Shown one piece after another: positions 20,611-30,284 of a DNA stretch of 64,000 bases (its first letter is position 1; each line of letters starts with the position of its first letter). The DNA comes from Nitrospirota bacterium (GTDB taxonomy: Bacteria; Nitrospirota; Nitrospiria; Nitrospirales; Nitrospiraceae): positions 1,472,001 to 1,536,000 of the forward strand of contig CAVPBK010000006.1 in assembly GCA_963701855.1 (NCBI GenBank), given 5' to 3'. Under the pieces are notes generated by a model, which saw only the letters and a program-made list of their open reading frames with translations, was not told the DNA's origin and did no database searches. The position numbers and the translations under genes are program-made.

Positions 20611-21444
20611 ATGTCTGAAAAGAAATCTAATCTTCTTCCCGATTACGAACGACCGCCTGTAATCGAAGTGGTTTATGGCATGCAGTTTTCCCCGCTGATT
20701 GAACTGCGCACCCCACAGATCGGTCTTTTATGGCAAACAATCAAGGCTGATTACCCCAAGTTTAAAGAAATGCCAGTTCTCGCTCCCGTCATCGAGCGTT
20801 TCGATCAAGAGGGGAAAACCGAGCAGCCTACACTTGAGTTTCTTCAGGAAGCACCTCTTCCTCGGATGTTTTTCTTGGATGCCCACGAAAATTGGGTAAT
20901 GCAAATTCAGAATGATAGGTTTCTCCATAATTGGAAACGAGTTAACGATGACGACGTTTATCCAAGATATATTGCTGTCTCAGGAAAGTTCTTCCAGGGG
21001 TGGGACAGATTTTGTGAATTTTGTCGATCTGAAGGCATTTCTAAGCCAAAGTTAAATCAATTGGAATTGACGTATATCAATCACATACCCGTTCGTGCGA
21101 ACAGTACCATTGGAGACGAGATTACGGCGATATTCCCAGACATAGTTTGGCGAAAGAACCACGAATTTCTGCCGGTCCCAGAATCGCTTTCATGGAAAAC
21201 TTCTTTCCTCCTCCCAAACAACCAAGGCCGCTTACATGTTTCATTGCGTCATGCGATGCGCATAAAAGATAAGACCCCAACACTTCTCCTCGAACTCACA
21301 GCTAGAGGTATTCCTCAAACGCCCGAACTCCCTCAGATTATGGAATGGTTCTCGCTCAGTCGTGAATGGATAGTCAGGGGCTTCTCGGACCTGACTAATT
21401 CTGAGGTGCAGAAGAATGTGTGGGATCTGAAGACAAAGCTATGA
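20611..21444 (+). CDS. TIGR04255-family protein
   Basis: YERPPVIEVVYGMQF, QIQNDRFLHNW, YPRY, ELTYINHI. Confidence 0.8.
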   Translation: MSEKKSNLLPDYERPPVIEVVYGMQFSPLIELRTPQIGLLWQTIKADYPKFKEMPVLAPVIERFDQEGKTEQPTLEFLQEAPLPRMFFLDAHENWVMQIQNDRFLHNWKRVNDDDVYPRYIAVSGKFFQGWDRFCEFCRSEGISKPKLNQLELTYINHIPVRANSTIGDEITAIFPDIVWRKNHEFLPVPESLSWKTSFLLPNNQGRLHVSLRHAMRIKDKTPTLLLELTARGIPQTPELPQIMEWFSLSREWIVRGFSDLTNSEVQKNVWDLKTKL

Positions 21445-22136
21445 CTGAGTACGCGACTGAAGATAGTACAACAAGAAATAGGCACGCTGGCTCACTTTTT
21501 AGGCCGCTATACAAGATGGCTTCGGCCTTAGAAGAACCCAATGAGTATCAACGCAGGCTAGTTTCCTTACCAGGAGCTACTCTATCTTCTGTAGTCACTC
21601 ACCGAGTTGCATCAAGTCCTGATGTCTGGGGTGGGCAAGGAACAATTACGACATCACAATACGCACCCAACGTTTCTAATGCGACTGTCACGGTTGCAAC
21701 CAGCTTTGCTCATTTAATTGCGACGGAATATCTTGATTCTAGGAACATTGCCATTTCAAAGTTTGGCCTTGGCGTACGCAATGTTTTGTGGACTACCGAG
21801 CCGATTGAAGTTCCTGAAAATGCACCAGCGCATGCTCAGGCACGAAGCGTTCTTTTATCAGACGAGGTTCTAACGTTTTGCTCTCGAGAGCAGATCTTCA
21901 ATCATTTTCATCGCGCCCTTCGATTAGCTCAACAATCCTTTCTTGACCTAAAGAATATCGAAGTTGAAATTGAAAACGACCCAGAGTCTGAGGGTGAATG
22001 GCTAGTGATAGTTGTCCAAATCCATGGTGAAATAGGCAAAGTCCTTGATATGTACGATGCTTACACAAGGAAATTTGTTCGGGTAGTTCCTTGGCCGGCC
22101 CTGGACAAGATACGACTAATTTACGACTTCGTCTGA
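21441..22136 (+). CDS. Hypothetical protein, putative antitoxin (long Ser/Thr-rich N-terminus, compact C-terminal domain)
   Basis: ATGA overlap with the TIGR04255 gene; C-terminal IEVEIENDPESEGEWLVIVV. Confidence 0.6.
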   Translation: MTEYATEDSTTRNRHAGSLFRPLYKMASALEEPNEYQRRLVSLPGATLSSVVTHRVASSPDVWGGQGTITTSQYAPNVSNATVTVATSFAHLIATEYLDSRNIAISKFGLGVRNVLWTTEPIEVPENAPAHAQARSVLLSDEVLTFCSREQIFNHFHRALRLAQQSFLDLKNIEVEIENDPESEGEWLVIVVQIHGEIGKVLDMYDAYTRKFVRVVPWPALDKIRLIYDFV

Positions 22137-22138
22137 TT

Positions 22139-22582
22139 GTGGACCCCAAGAAATTCTTAGAGCTAGCGCAAGTGCTTGCGCTTGAGACACCTCAAGCCTC
22201 AAAACTCAGAACTGCCACAAGTCGTGCGTACTACGCAGCATATAACGTTAGCGTCGAGACGTTAGATGGTATGGGATTTCGAATAGACCGTTCTGGAAAT
22301 GGCCACGGACAAGTTCAGAATTTACTTGGCAATAGTAAAAACGAGGATCTTAAGAAAATCAGTAGTGACCTGGGAAGCTTGCTTACTAATAGGATAGGTG
22401 CAGATTACCGGATGGATGACCCGAGAGCAGAAAACCCGACCAACGTGAAGGCGCACGTGCTGCACGCAAGTAGAATCATTCAAACACTGGAGCGGTGTTG
22501 CGGAGGCCCCAATAGAAACGACATTATCCAGGCAATAAAGGACTATGGCCAATTGATCAAAGGTGCTGGGCAAAAAGGATAG
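22139..22582 (+). CDS. HEPN-domain protein (UPF0332-like)
   Basis: RTATSRAYYAAY, GHGQV, RIGADY; GTG start 2 nt after the upstream stop. Confidence 0.75.
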   Translation: MDPKKFLELAQVLALETPQASKLRTATSRAYYAAYNVSVETLDGMGFRIDRSGNGHGQVQNLLGNSKNEDLKKISSDLGSLLTNRIGADYRMDDPRAENPTNVKAHVLHASRIIQTLERCCGGPNRNDIIQAIKDYGQLIKGAGQKG

Positions 22583-22773
22583 AACCCGCCTCTATTCGCA
22601 CTCGGTTCTGAGAATCTCAACACCCCACTCCACCCTACCTTAGGAAAATAACAGCTATCGAGAAATAAAAGAGCGCCATTCTGCCTATTTCAGCAGCAGC
22701 GGCCCCGTTTGCGCTGATCTTCAGGGAGAAGTAAGCTAACTGCGCTTGCTGTTCCGTTTCCAGGAGGCTCGCC

Positions 22774-23229
22774 ATGTGGGCTGTCTTCATCTTCTTGCTC
22801 CTGCTGCTGCCACTGCCTCTCTCCGTGCACGCGGAACATCTCGGCGAGTTGAGCGCGAATCCGTTCAATCCTAATTCCACATCCAATCCCTTCGGAGCCG
22901 GAAGCCCCTTCAAGCCGGACGGCCTGAACAATCCCTTCAGTCCCTACAGCAGTCCGTTTAGTAATCAATCGGCGACGAATCCATTCGCCACCGACGCGCC
23001 TCGGCTCCTTGCTCGTCTCTCTGGTCCGTCTGGTCTCTTTGGTTTCTCTGGCGATTTTCCGGTCCGGTCAACAAAACAGACCAAATAGACCAGATAAACG
23101 AGATAGACCAGTTTCGTATCTTCGTTCTCGCCGGACTCAATCAACAATCCCTTCGGCGCAGGGAATCCCTACAGCCCCAGCAGTCCCACGAATCCCTACG
23201 GCCGCGGCCTGCGAATCGAAGGACGCTGA
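22774..23229 (+). pseudogene. NPY/NPF-repeat secreted protein gene interrupted by a hairpin element (copy 1)
   Basis: Signal peptide + SANPFNPNSTSNPFGAGSP..., insert ~23008-23120, repeats resume to GLRIEGR-stop. Confidence 0.75.
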
Positions 23230-23286
23230 TCCAGCCGTTGAACAGCTCCACGTGATCTCATGGATGCTTGATACCTTGGCCTTACA

Positions 23287-23505
23287 CCTGCGAACCAGCT
23301 GCGTTGCGGCAACATCAAAGCGACCATCTGGGAGAATGTCAGCGAGAAAGGTCCGTTCTTCTCAACGACATTCTCTCGCCCCTTCAAGGATCAGTCTGGC
23401 GCGTGGCGCAATGGGACTTCTTTCAGTCTCAACGACCTTGAAGCGCTTGTCACCGTCGTGCGTGACGCCAAGGAATGGATCTCCGCTCATGCCTTGAAGC
23501 GTTGA
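23287..23505 (+). pseudogene. 5'-truncated copy of the small protein gene at 52248
   Basis: Translates LRCGNIKATIWENVSEKGPFF...HALKR-stop, no start. Confidence 0.75.
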
Positions 23506-23518
23506 ACCGCTTCAAGAG

Positions 23519-23550
23519 GAAGCCTCCGGCCTTCCGGGGGCTTCCCTTCG
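23519..23550 (+). terminator. Hairpin GAAGCCTCCGG..CCGGGGGCTTC, repeated five times
   Basis: Copies at ~23519, 34411, 52497, 56040, 57763, each after the small-gene 3' end or its remnant. Confidence 0.6.
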
Positions 23551-23912
23551 ACCCATTTACGCTACTAGGTCTTTGTGAAATGACATAATTCTGACTTAGT
23601 TTGGTCTAGTTTTTGGTGGGAAAGTCAGAACAAGCACACGAATTTCTCGGAGCATTGGAAGGCGCTCCCGTGAACCCTGGGGGCGTCTAGTATTAGAAGT
23701 TGATGACGGCCTAACGAAGCGCTGCGCCAAACAGCTGTTGTAATCAAAAGTACAAGGGCAAATCGGGTCAGCCGGTGGCCCCCGAAGACCATCGGCGAGC
23801 CCATCCCTGAGCCAATTCAGCTAGCTTCTTTCTCGCATGCGATCCGAACCCTGCAGCGTCAGTGGTCAGATGTGTTCTTGTCAGGGAACCAATTTCGCAG
23901 GTATACCTGGAA

Positions 23913-25160
23913 TTAGTCGTGGATGATATTCATAAGGGAACGGTGTACTTTCAATCCACCGTTGTATTCGATGAGCCCCAATTTACGGAACTTGTTCATG
24001 AAAAAGCTCACGCGGGAGCGCGTCGTACCGATAATTTCCGCTAGCGTTTCCTGGCTGATCTTCGCAATCACCCGCTCCTGTTTGCCGTCCGTGCCAAAGT
24101 TGGCCATCAGGAGCAGGACCCGCGCCAGCCGCATCTCGCTGGAGTGGATAAGTTGATCCAGCATATCCTCCTGCAGCCGGATGTTACGGGTCAGCAGATG
24201 GGAGAGGAACAGTGCGGAAAAACCCGGTTCGTCGTGGAGCACCTGAACCGCCTGCGATTTCTCCAGTCGCACGATCCTGCAATTCGTCAGGGCCGTGGCA
24301 GTAACCATACGCGTCGGCTGGCCCGCGAGGCAGCTCTCGCCAAAGAAGTCGTCGGCCCCGAGCATGCCGACGGCCACTTCTTTGCCCTTTGAGGACACGA
24401 TCGTGAGCTTGATCGTGCCGTGCTGGATAAAACAGATGTCGTCGGACGGGTCGCCTTGCGAGAACACTTGCTGGTTCTTCCGGTAGTTGCCAATCGTGTG
24501 TCCTGCGCCGATCTTGGCGAGAAAGATTTGTGGATCGAACGGCAGTGTTGATTTCGGTTCCTTTCCTGCTTTCTTTAAAACCGGCAGCGGCCTAAAACGG
24601 CGACTGATTCTGGATAACTCAAGAGTGATTCCCTGAGGAGGCAGCACGAAATCAACACAGGCTGAAGCCTGAGCACTGAGAGGCATGCCGTTTATATCGG
24701 GAGACATATCCTGAGCAAAGGTTGTTCCTCCCATGGCCCTAATATGCTTGCATCCCTCAATACCGTCTCCCCCATATCCAGCGAGGAGAATGCCGATCGC
24801 ACGCGCCTCCATTGCCTCTGCTAACGACATAAACAAACAATCTATCTGCGCGTGCTTTCGAGTGGGCGGAGAGACGACCTTGAACGTATGGCTCTCAATG
24901 AGAAGATCTGCGTCCGGAGGACTCATGTAGACGTGATTCGCATGGATCGGCATCGCCGTGGAAGCCACCAGTACTGGCATTTTCGTGTGACGAGAGAGAA
25001 TTTCAGCTAACTGACCATTGGCGGTGGGGAGAAGATGAGAAACAAAGACAAAGGCCATACCTGTATGAGACGACATGGCGTCCAAGAGCGCTTTATAGGC
25101 GTGAAGCGCTCCAGCTGAGCCCCCGATACCAACAATGAGATTCGGATGTACTGGTCCCAT
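23913..25160 (-). CDS. CheB methylesterase domain fused to a Crp/Fnr regulator
   Basis: GIGGSAGA, SHLLP, GYGGDG, GMP (CheB); VFSQGD, FFGE, SQETLAEIIGTTRSRVS (Crp). Confidence 0.85.
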   Translation of the reverse strand: MGPVHPNLIVGIGGSAGALHAYKALLDAMSSHTGMAFVFVSHLLPTANGQLAEILSRHTKMPVLVASTAMPIHANHVYMSPPDADLLIESHTFKVVSPPTRKHAQIDCLFMSLAEAMEARAIGILLAGYGGDGIEGCKHIRAMGGTTFAQDMSPDINGMPLSAQASACVDFVLPPQGITLELSRISRRFRPLPVLKKAGKEPKSTLPFDPQIFLAKIGAGHTIGNYRKNQQVFSQGDPSDDICFIQHGTIKLTIVSSKGKEVAVGMLGADDFFGESCLAGQPTRMVTATALTNCRIVRLEKSQAVQVLHDEPGFSALFLSHLLTRNIRLQEDMLDQLIHSSEMRLARVLLLMANFGTDGKQERVIAKISQETLAEIIGTTRSRVSFFMNKFRKLGLIEYNGGLKVHRSLMNIIHD

Positions 25161-25188
25161 CGCTAAGCCAAATTTCCATCATCCACTT

Positions 25189-26703
25189 TTACCGTTGATT
25201 GTTGTTTTGTCTCTCAGAAATATTGTTTTCCAGCCTTCTTTTTCTGAGTGAGGCTTCTGCCATATCCACTGCTGCTAATTCAATTCCATCATCACTCAAA
25301 ATTAATTTTTGGACATCGCTGGAGTGGCCCATGCCACGAGACTTCACAATGTACAGTCCACGAATACGTTTCTTACCCGCTTCTTCTATTTCTCTCACGA
25401 CAACCCACGTGTCAATTAACGACGAGACGCCGACTTCACCGCTTGTGTAATTTTGTGCGGTTGACGAAACCAGACTGGTAAAATACCCGGTAATGCCCTT
25501 GGATTTTAAAAGATCAATCATGCGAGTCACCATTGATTGAATTTCACGTTGGCTCCCCTCTGCAATGAGACTGGTCAGGGGATCTATGACCACAGATTGT
25601 GGCTTGAAACCTTCAAGGGTCTTGTATAAATCGAGTAGATGCTGCTCTAGCCCAAAAAAGGAAGGTCTCGTAGACACGATCTTTAAGAGTCCTCTTTTCA
25701 CCACTGGTTCCAAATGAAGACCTATAGAAGTCATGTTTTGAATGAGCTGACCCGAAGATTCCTCATAAGACAGGAACAGACACCGTTCTCCACGTTTACA
25801 TCGTTCTAATGCGAATGCAGCCGCGAGGCTTGTTTTGCCAGTGCCTGCGGTACCTGAAATGAGTATCGTGCTGCCTTTGGTAAACCCTCCACCCCGGAAC
25901 ATTTTATCTAACGACGGAATTCCCGTCGAAACCCTCTTGCCTGTGCCCGGTTGATCGAGTCCAGCAGCCGTAATAGGAATGACTGAAAGGCCATTTGTAT
26001 CAATTACGAACGGATATTCGTTTGTTCCATGATTTGACCCACGATATTTAATGACACGAACCCTACGGATGGAAATTTGTTCATTCACTCTGTTATCCAG
26101 AAAAATGATGCAATCGGAAATGTACTCCTCCAGGCCATGACGCGTATACACGCCCTGTCCCGGCTCGCCGGTCACGATTGCCGTCACGTGTTTCGCCTTA
26201 AGCCATCGGAAAAGTCTTTTGATCTCTAAGCGAAGAATGCCTGAATTGGTGAGACCTGCAAAGAGAGATTCGATCGAATCTAACACCACGCGTTTGGCGC
26301 CAATGGAATCAATGGCATGTTCCAAACGAATGAGGAGTCCTTCAAGATTAAAGTCGCTTTCTTGAATATCTCTCCGCTGCAACAGAACATGGACAAGTAG
26401 AATCTTCTTTTGTGACACCAGCCTTTGCAAATCCAGGTTGAGAGAAGCCACGTCGTGATACAGTTCATCTTCTGTCTCTTCAAAGGACATGAAGACGCCT
26501 GGCTCGTTGTAATTGATCGCACCCTTGACGACAAAATCAATCCCCCAAAGGGTTTTTCCAGACCCAGCACTTCCGCAAATTAACGTGGTTCTATTTTTCG
26601 GAAGCCCACCTTCTGTAATTTGGTCAAAACCTTTGATGCCGGTGGGGCACTTGAGTAATTGATAATGGTTCAGGGCCTTTGTTTTCTTAGAAGTTTTGGG
26701 CAT
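25189..26703 (-). CDS. kaiC: KaiC-family double-domain ATPase
   Basis: Walker A GSAGSGKT and GTAGTGKT, SFEE/SYEE, KYRGSNH, VSSLIDTW, KSRGMGHS. Confidence 0.92.
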   Translation of the reverse strand: MPKTSKKTKALNHYQLLKCPTGIKGFDQITEGGLPKNRTTLICGSAGSGKTLWGIDFVVKGAINYNEPGVFMSFEETEDELYHDVASLNLDLQRLVSQKKILLVHVLLQRRDIQESDFNLEGLLIRLEHAIDSIGAKRVVLDSIESLFAGLTNSGILRLEIKRLFRWLKAKHVTAIVTGEPGQGVYTRHGLEEYISDCIIFLDNRVNEQISIRRVRVIKYRGSNHGTNEYPFVIDTNGLSVIPITAAGLDQPGTGKRVSTGIPSLDKMFRGGGFTKGSTILISGTAGTGKTSLAAAFALERCKRGERCLFLSYEESSGQLIQNMTSIGLHLEPVVKRGLLKIVSTRPSFFGLEQHLLDLYKTLEGFKPQSVVIDPLTSLIAEGSQREIQSMVTRMIDLLKSKGITGYFTSLVSSTAQNYTSGEVGVSSLIDTWVVVREIEEAGKKRIRGLYIVKSRGMGHSSDVQKLILSDDGIELAAVDMAEASLRKRRLENNISERQNNNQR

Positions 26704-26909
26704 ACCTGTCTCCAATCAGTTCGAGCTGACATTCCGGTCTGAGACTAAAATAATACAACGTCGAAAACTGTCCCATAGTGCACAGTTGCAAGATTGAATG
26801 AGAGGACGGGCAGTCAGACAGGATGATCGTCTCCCGATTCAGCGACCCATGTCCTACCTAGGTTGAAATACACTGGCGAAAATCTTGTTTGAGCTCTTCC
26901 ACGAGGATG

Positions 26910-27238
26910 CGTCTGAAATTCGTCGTGCAGTACACGGATCATCACCTGTTTGGCAATACGGACGATCGTAGATTTTTCTGTAGCGGCTGCCGTGGCCATA
27001 CACACCAGCTGCCCGGCCAGACACCCTTCACCAAAAAAGCACCCTGCTCCAATATCGCGACGATCGCTTCTTGGCCCTGGGACGATGCCACGGAAAGCCT
27101 GACTTTGCCCGTTTGAATATAGAACACGGCGGACGCCGCGTCGCCTTGCGAAAACAGAATCTGTTTCTTTGAACAGTTCAGCGTGGTATTGCCGTTGCCA
27201 ATTTCGGTGAGGAATTGCTAGAGATGAAACTTCGCCAT
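26910..27238 (-). pseudogene. Crp/Fnr regulator fragment
   Basis: LFSQGD..VFYIQTGKVRL; early TAG, frameshift in a T-run, no HTH. Confidence 0.75.
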
Positions 27239-27535
27239 TCGTTAAGCCTTTCCGATCTTCTTCCCTTGAAATCGGGAGGAGCCGAGAACCACTGACACAG
27301 TGGTTTTTCTACCATAATCGACACGGAAATCAAGACCATCTGTGAGGACAGGAAGCGGCGTTACGGGCGAATCGTGAGGAGCATAGGAGGCTCTAGGGCG
27401 AGCGGTTTGCATGAAGAATGCGAACGACAGCGCTGAGCTGTATTGACCAGTCGGCAACCGGTCCAGTGGCTTAGCATGAGCGTAGATTCATCGTGTCCCA
27501 CAAAGGGGCGCATCACAGACAAAGGAGACTTCATT

Positions 27536-28177
27536 ATGACGAAGATAGCAATGGTAGTCATCGGAATGGGATTGGTGAGCGTCCCATTCGCTATGTACTC
27601 TCATGCCGAAATGAAGTCGGACAATCCCCTGGACGCGAGCGAGATCGGGTCGCCGCAGCCCAGGGGAGCGATCCAGGCGGGCGAGACGGATATGACCAAC
27701 ACCAAAGGCCAAGGCGGTGTCCCGAGCAAGTACACCATCATGCCCGTTGCCAGAGGGAAGAAGGTGGAAGTTAATAATGAAATGATCGGCGATACGGTCA
27801 AGAATACCAAAGGTGAGGACCTTGGCAAGTTGGAGCAACTCATCATGGATTCTGAGACCAAGAGGATTGAGTATGGAATGATCTCAATTGGCGATACCGG
27901 CCAATTGAAAGCCTATCCCTGGAGCGCCTTCAAGGTGAACAAGGAACAAGGAAACGTTGTACTCAATGTGACCCGGGAACAGCTCGGGATGAAGGCGACC
28001 GATCTCTCTCCGGACGTTCAGGCGCTCCAAGACCAATTACAGACCTTGCGAAGAAGTGAGTCACGCATAGGAGTACGCGAGGGACAGAATTTCGGCGACC
28101 GTGGCGATGCTGGCCCAATGGGCGAAACAAAAAAAGGCGGGGGTGGCGCGGAACGATCACCGGCAGTCAACAAGTAA
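27536..28177 (+). CDS. Secreted PRC-barrel domain protein
   Basis: Signal peptide; IGDTVKNTKGEDLGKLEQLIMD...YPWSAF. Confidence 0.82.
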   Translation: MTKIAMVVIGMGLVSVPFAMYSHAEMKSDNPLDASEIGSPQPRGAIQAGETDMTNTKGQGGVPSKYTIMPVARGKKVEVNNEMIGDTVKNTKGEDLGKLEQLIMDSETKRIEYGMISIGDTGQLKAYPWSAFKVNKEQGNVVLNVTREQLGMKATDLSPDVQALQDQLQTLRRSESRIGVREGQNFGDRGDAGPMGETKKGGGGAERSPAVNK

Positions 28178-28986
28178 ATTCAGCGTCGAATGGCCGACGT
28201 GCCTTCTCCTGGTTGAACGAGGAAAGTGGTACTGGGTTCCTGGTGGCGAGGCTGATGGGAAGGTATCGAGAAGAGAGAGGTGGGCCATCGAGTAATGTCA
28301 CATTTTTGTTACGGAGACTAAGCCAACGAAATAGGTGCGGTATACGAAGCTAGAAGTTCAGGCACAGTGATTGGGCCAGTCCTCAGTGCTGGCCCAATTC
28401 GTACCTAAAAGGCGGTAGAGAAACAAGCCGAACGAGAACCGCCCTCTATGAGGAGGTCGCATGCCGATAATTTTATGGTTACTTGGAGTTCCTCTGACGC
28501 TGGTTCTGGTATTATGGTTTTTCGGGATTGTGAGATTTTAAGCGCGAGCCAGACCGTCTTTATGGTGATGAGACTCGCAAGGTCACCGCCTATACGACAT
28601 GGATTCTCTGCTAATCTGGGGGGTGTCGTCTGAAACACCTCTCGCACTAACGCGCGGGATTCCGGGCCAAGTGCGCCAATGCGGACGTTGTTCATTTACC
28701 CATTCCTGACATTGATTCCGGAAAGACCGTCCTAACTATCGTAGTCGATATTTCTTACCCTCTTGAAAGTGGAGCCACTCCGATCCTGCATCGGGAAGCA
28801 TGGCGATATAATCAAGCTTTTAAGAACATTTATCTGTCTCCTCTAAAGTGAGTGTCTCCTCTGCTACCACGCTGCTACCGGAACCGCCGAACTCTTCCTG
28901 ATCCATCAAGAGGATGGTTCTTCCGATTCGTCAGTTTTACCTTGGGTTAGCTCGTCGTGGGTCGTGTCAGGCAGCTCTGAATCGAG

Positions 28987-29031
28987 TTTATAAGCCGCAG
29001 GTTGGAGGTTCAATTCCTCTCGCCAGCTCCA
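28987..29031 (+). repeat. 3' half of a different tRNA (probably Thr), att remnant
   Basis: GGAGG-TTCAATT-CCTCT T-arm, CGCCAGC-T-CCA end; no 5' half; TGCTACC direct repeat at 28862-28879. Confidence 0.65.
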
Positions 29032-29257
29032 TTATTTCACTTACTCACGCGCATATACGACGGCGAACAGGTCATTCAGCTTCCTCCAGGTAGCAGCCTA
29101 GGTGACAAACCCTCAGCCCACGCGTTTTCGGCTCGGCAGGAGGAAGACCAATTTGGGAACTCCCACTTCCAAATCGCTACTCTGCGCGCCTCCTCAGGCA
29201 ACTGTCAGATTCCTGAATCTTCTTGCGAGACAAGGCGTCCCATGGCACACCAAATCT

Positions 29258-29554
29258 ATGAACGTCATGCGTAAATGGGCCTGGCGAGGCCTAGGAGGAA
29301 TTGGGCTGCTGTGGGCCATCGCCCTGAGCGGTTGTGGGATACTCCACCCCTCGTCCTCGTCGCCAGCCGCCTCGGTGGCGAATACAAGCGATCCAACTGT
29401 GAACTCAAGCGTAGTGCAGTCTCTCCAAAGGCAAATACGAGAACGAGATAAGCGCATTGCAGAGTTGACATCTCAATTGGACGCCTTAAAGGTGATTGAT
29501 CAAGACCTGCAGGAACGGAGAACATCACATCCAGCCGACAACCTGCGACGTTGA
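29258..29554 (+). CDS. Putative lipoprotein with coiled coil
   Basis: LSGC lipobox; LQRQIRERDKRIAELTSQLDAL. Confidence 0.6.
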   Translation: MNVMRKWAWRGLGGIGLLWAIALSGCGILHPSSSSPAASVANTSDPTVNSSVVQSLQRQIRERDKRIAELTSQLDALKVIDQDLQERRTSHPADNLRR

Positions 29555-29754
29555 GGCCTGCAACAATTGATCAACTTCGCTAACCTGCAGCCATGCACAT
29601 CGAAGCACCTGCTCTCATCGACCACCTTCTCATACGGGCATAGCGTGGCGTTGGAACGAGGGCACGACAGAAACCTGTGAAGGCAGTCGCAGTGATCGCG
29701 ACCATCCGAGGAGTGCTCGGTACCCAGGCGTGATCGTGAGAGGAAGGAGACAGC

Positions 29755-30099
29755 ATGGCCGGGTTTGTCATGCGCACGGATCAACGACTCAAGAAATTGG
29801 TGCCGGTACGGTATCTTGGGGACGGGATGGCTGGTGAAGGAATCATCAAAGATCTTTCGCTGAGCGGGAGCTATATGACCGGGAATGCACCGGTCTCCGT
29901 CGGGATGACGCTCGCCCTGCAAATTTTTGTGCCGGGGGACCCGGAGCCGTTGCTGATCGATCGCGCTATCGTGAAATGGGTCAAGGGGTCTGAGTTCGGG
30001 GTGGACTTCGACACACCACAGCCGAAGGTGACTGAGCGAATCACAAAGATCATCTCCACGCTGGTCAAGTCACAGCATGGCTTATCCCGCAAGGGATAA
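29755..30099 (+). CDS. PilZ-domain protein
   Basis: RTDQR, DLSLSG, VKWV, FGVDF. Confidence 0.8.
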   Translation: MAGFVMRTDQRLKKLVPVRYLGDGMAGEGIIKDLSLSGSYMTGNAPVSVGMTLALQIFVPGDPEPLLIDRAIVKWVKGSEFGVDFDTPQPKVTERITKIISTLVKSQHGLSRKG

Positions 30100-30284
30100 G
30101 CTAAGCGGGCAGGTGTATTTGGCGGATCACACGGGGTCTTGCTCTGCCCTCCGCGTTCCGGAGGCATGAAGGCAGCGACGATCTTGTGTTTGAGGTCGTC
30201 GCTGTGCCTCCCGCCACTGGCTTCAATTGATAGGGCTTCCGGTTTTCCGAATACATTCCGTGAATCGGGTGAGCGAGGAAGGTG

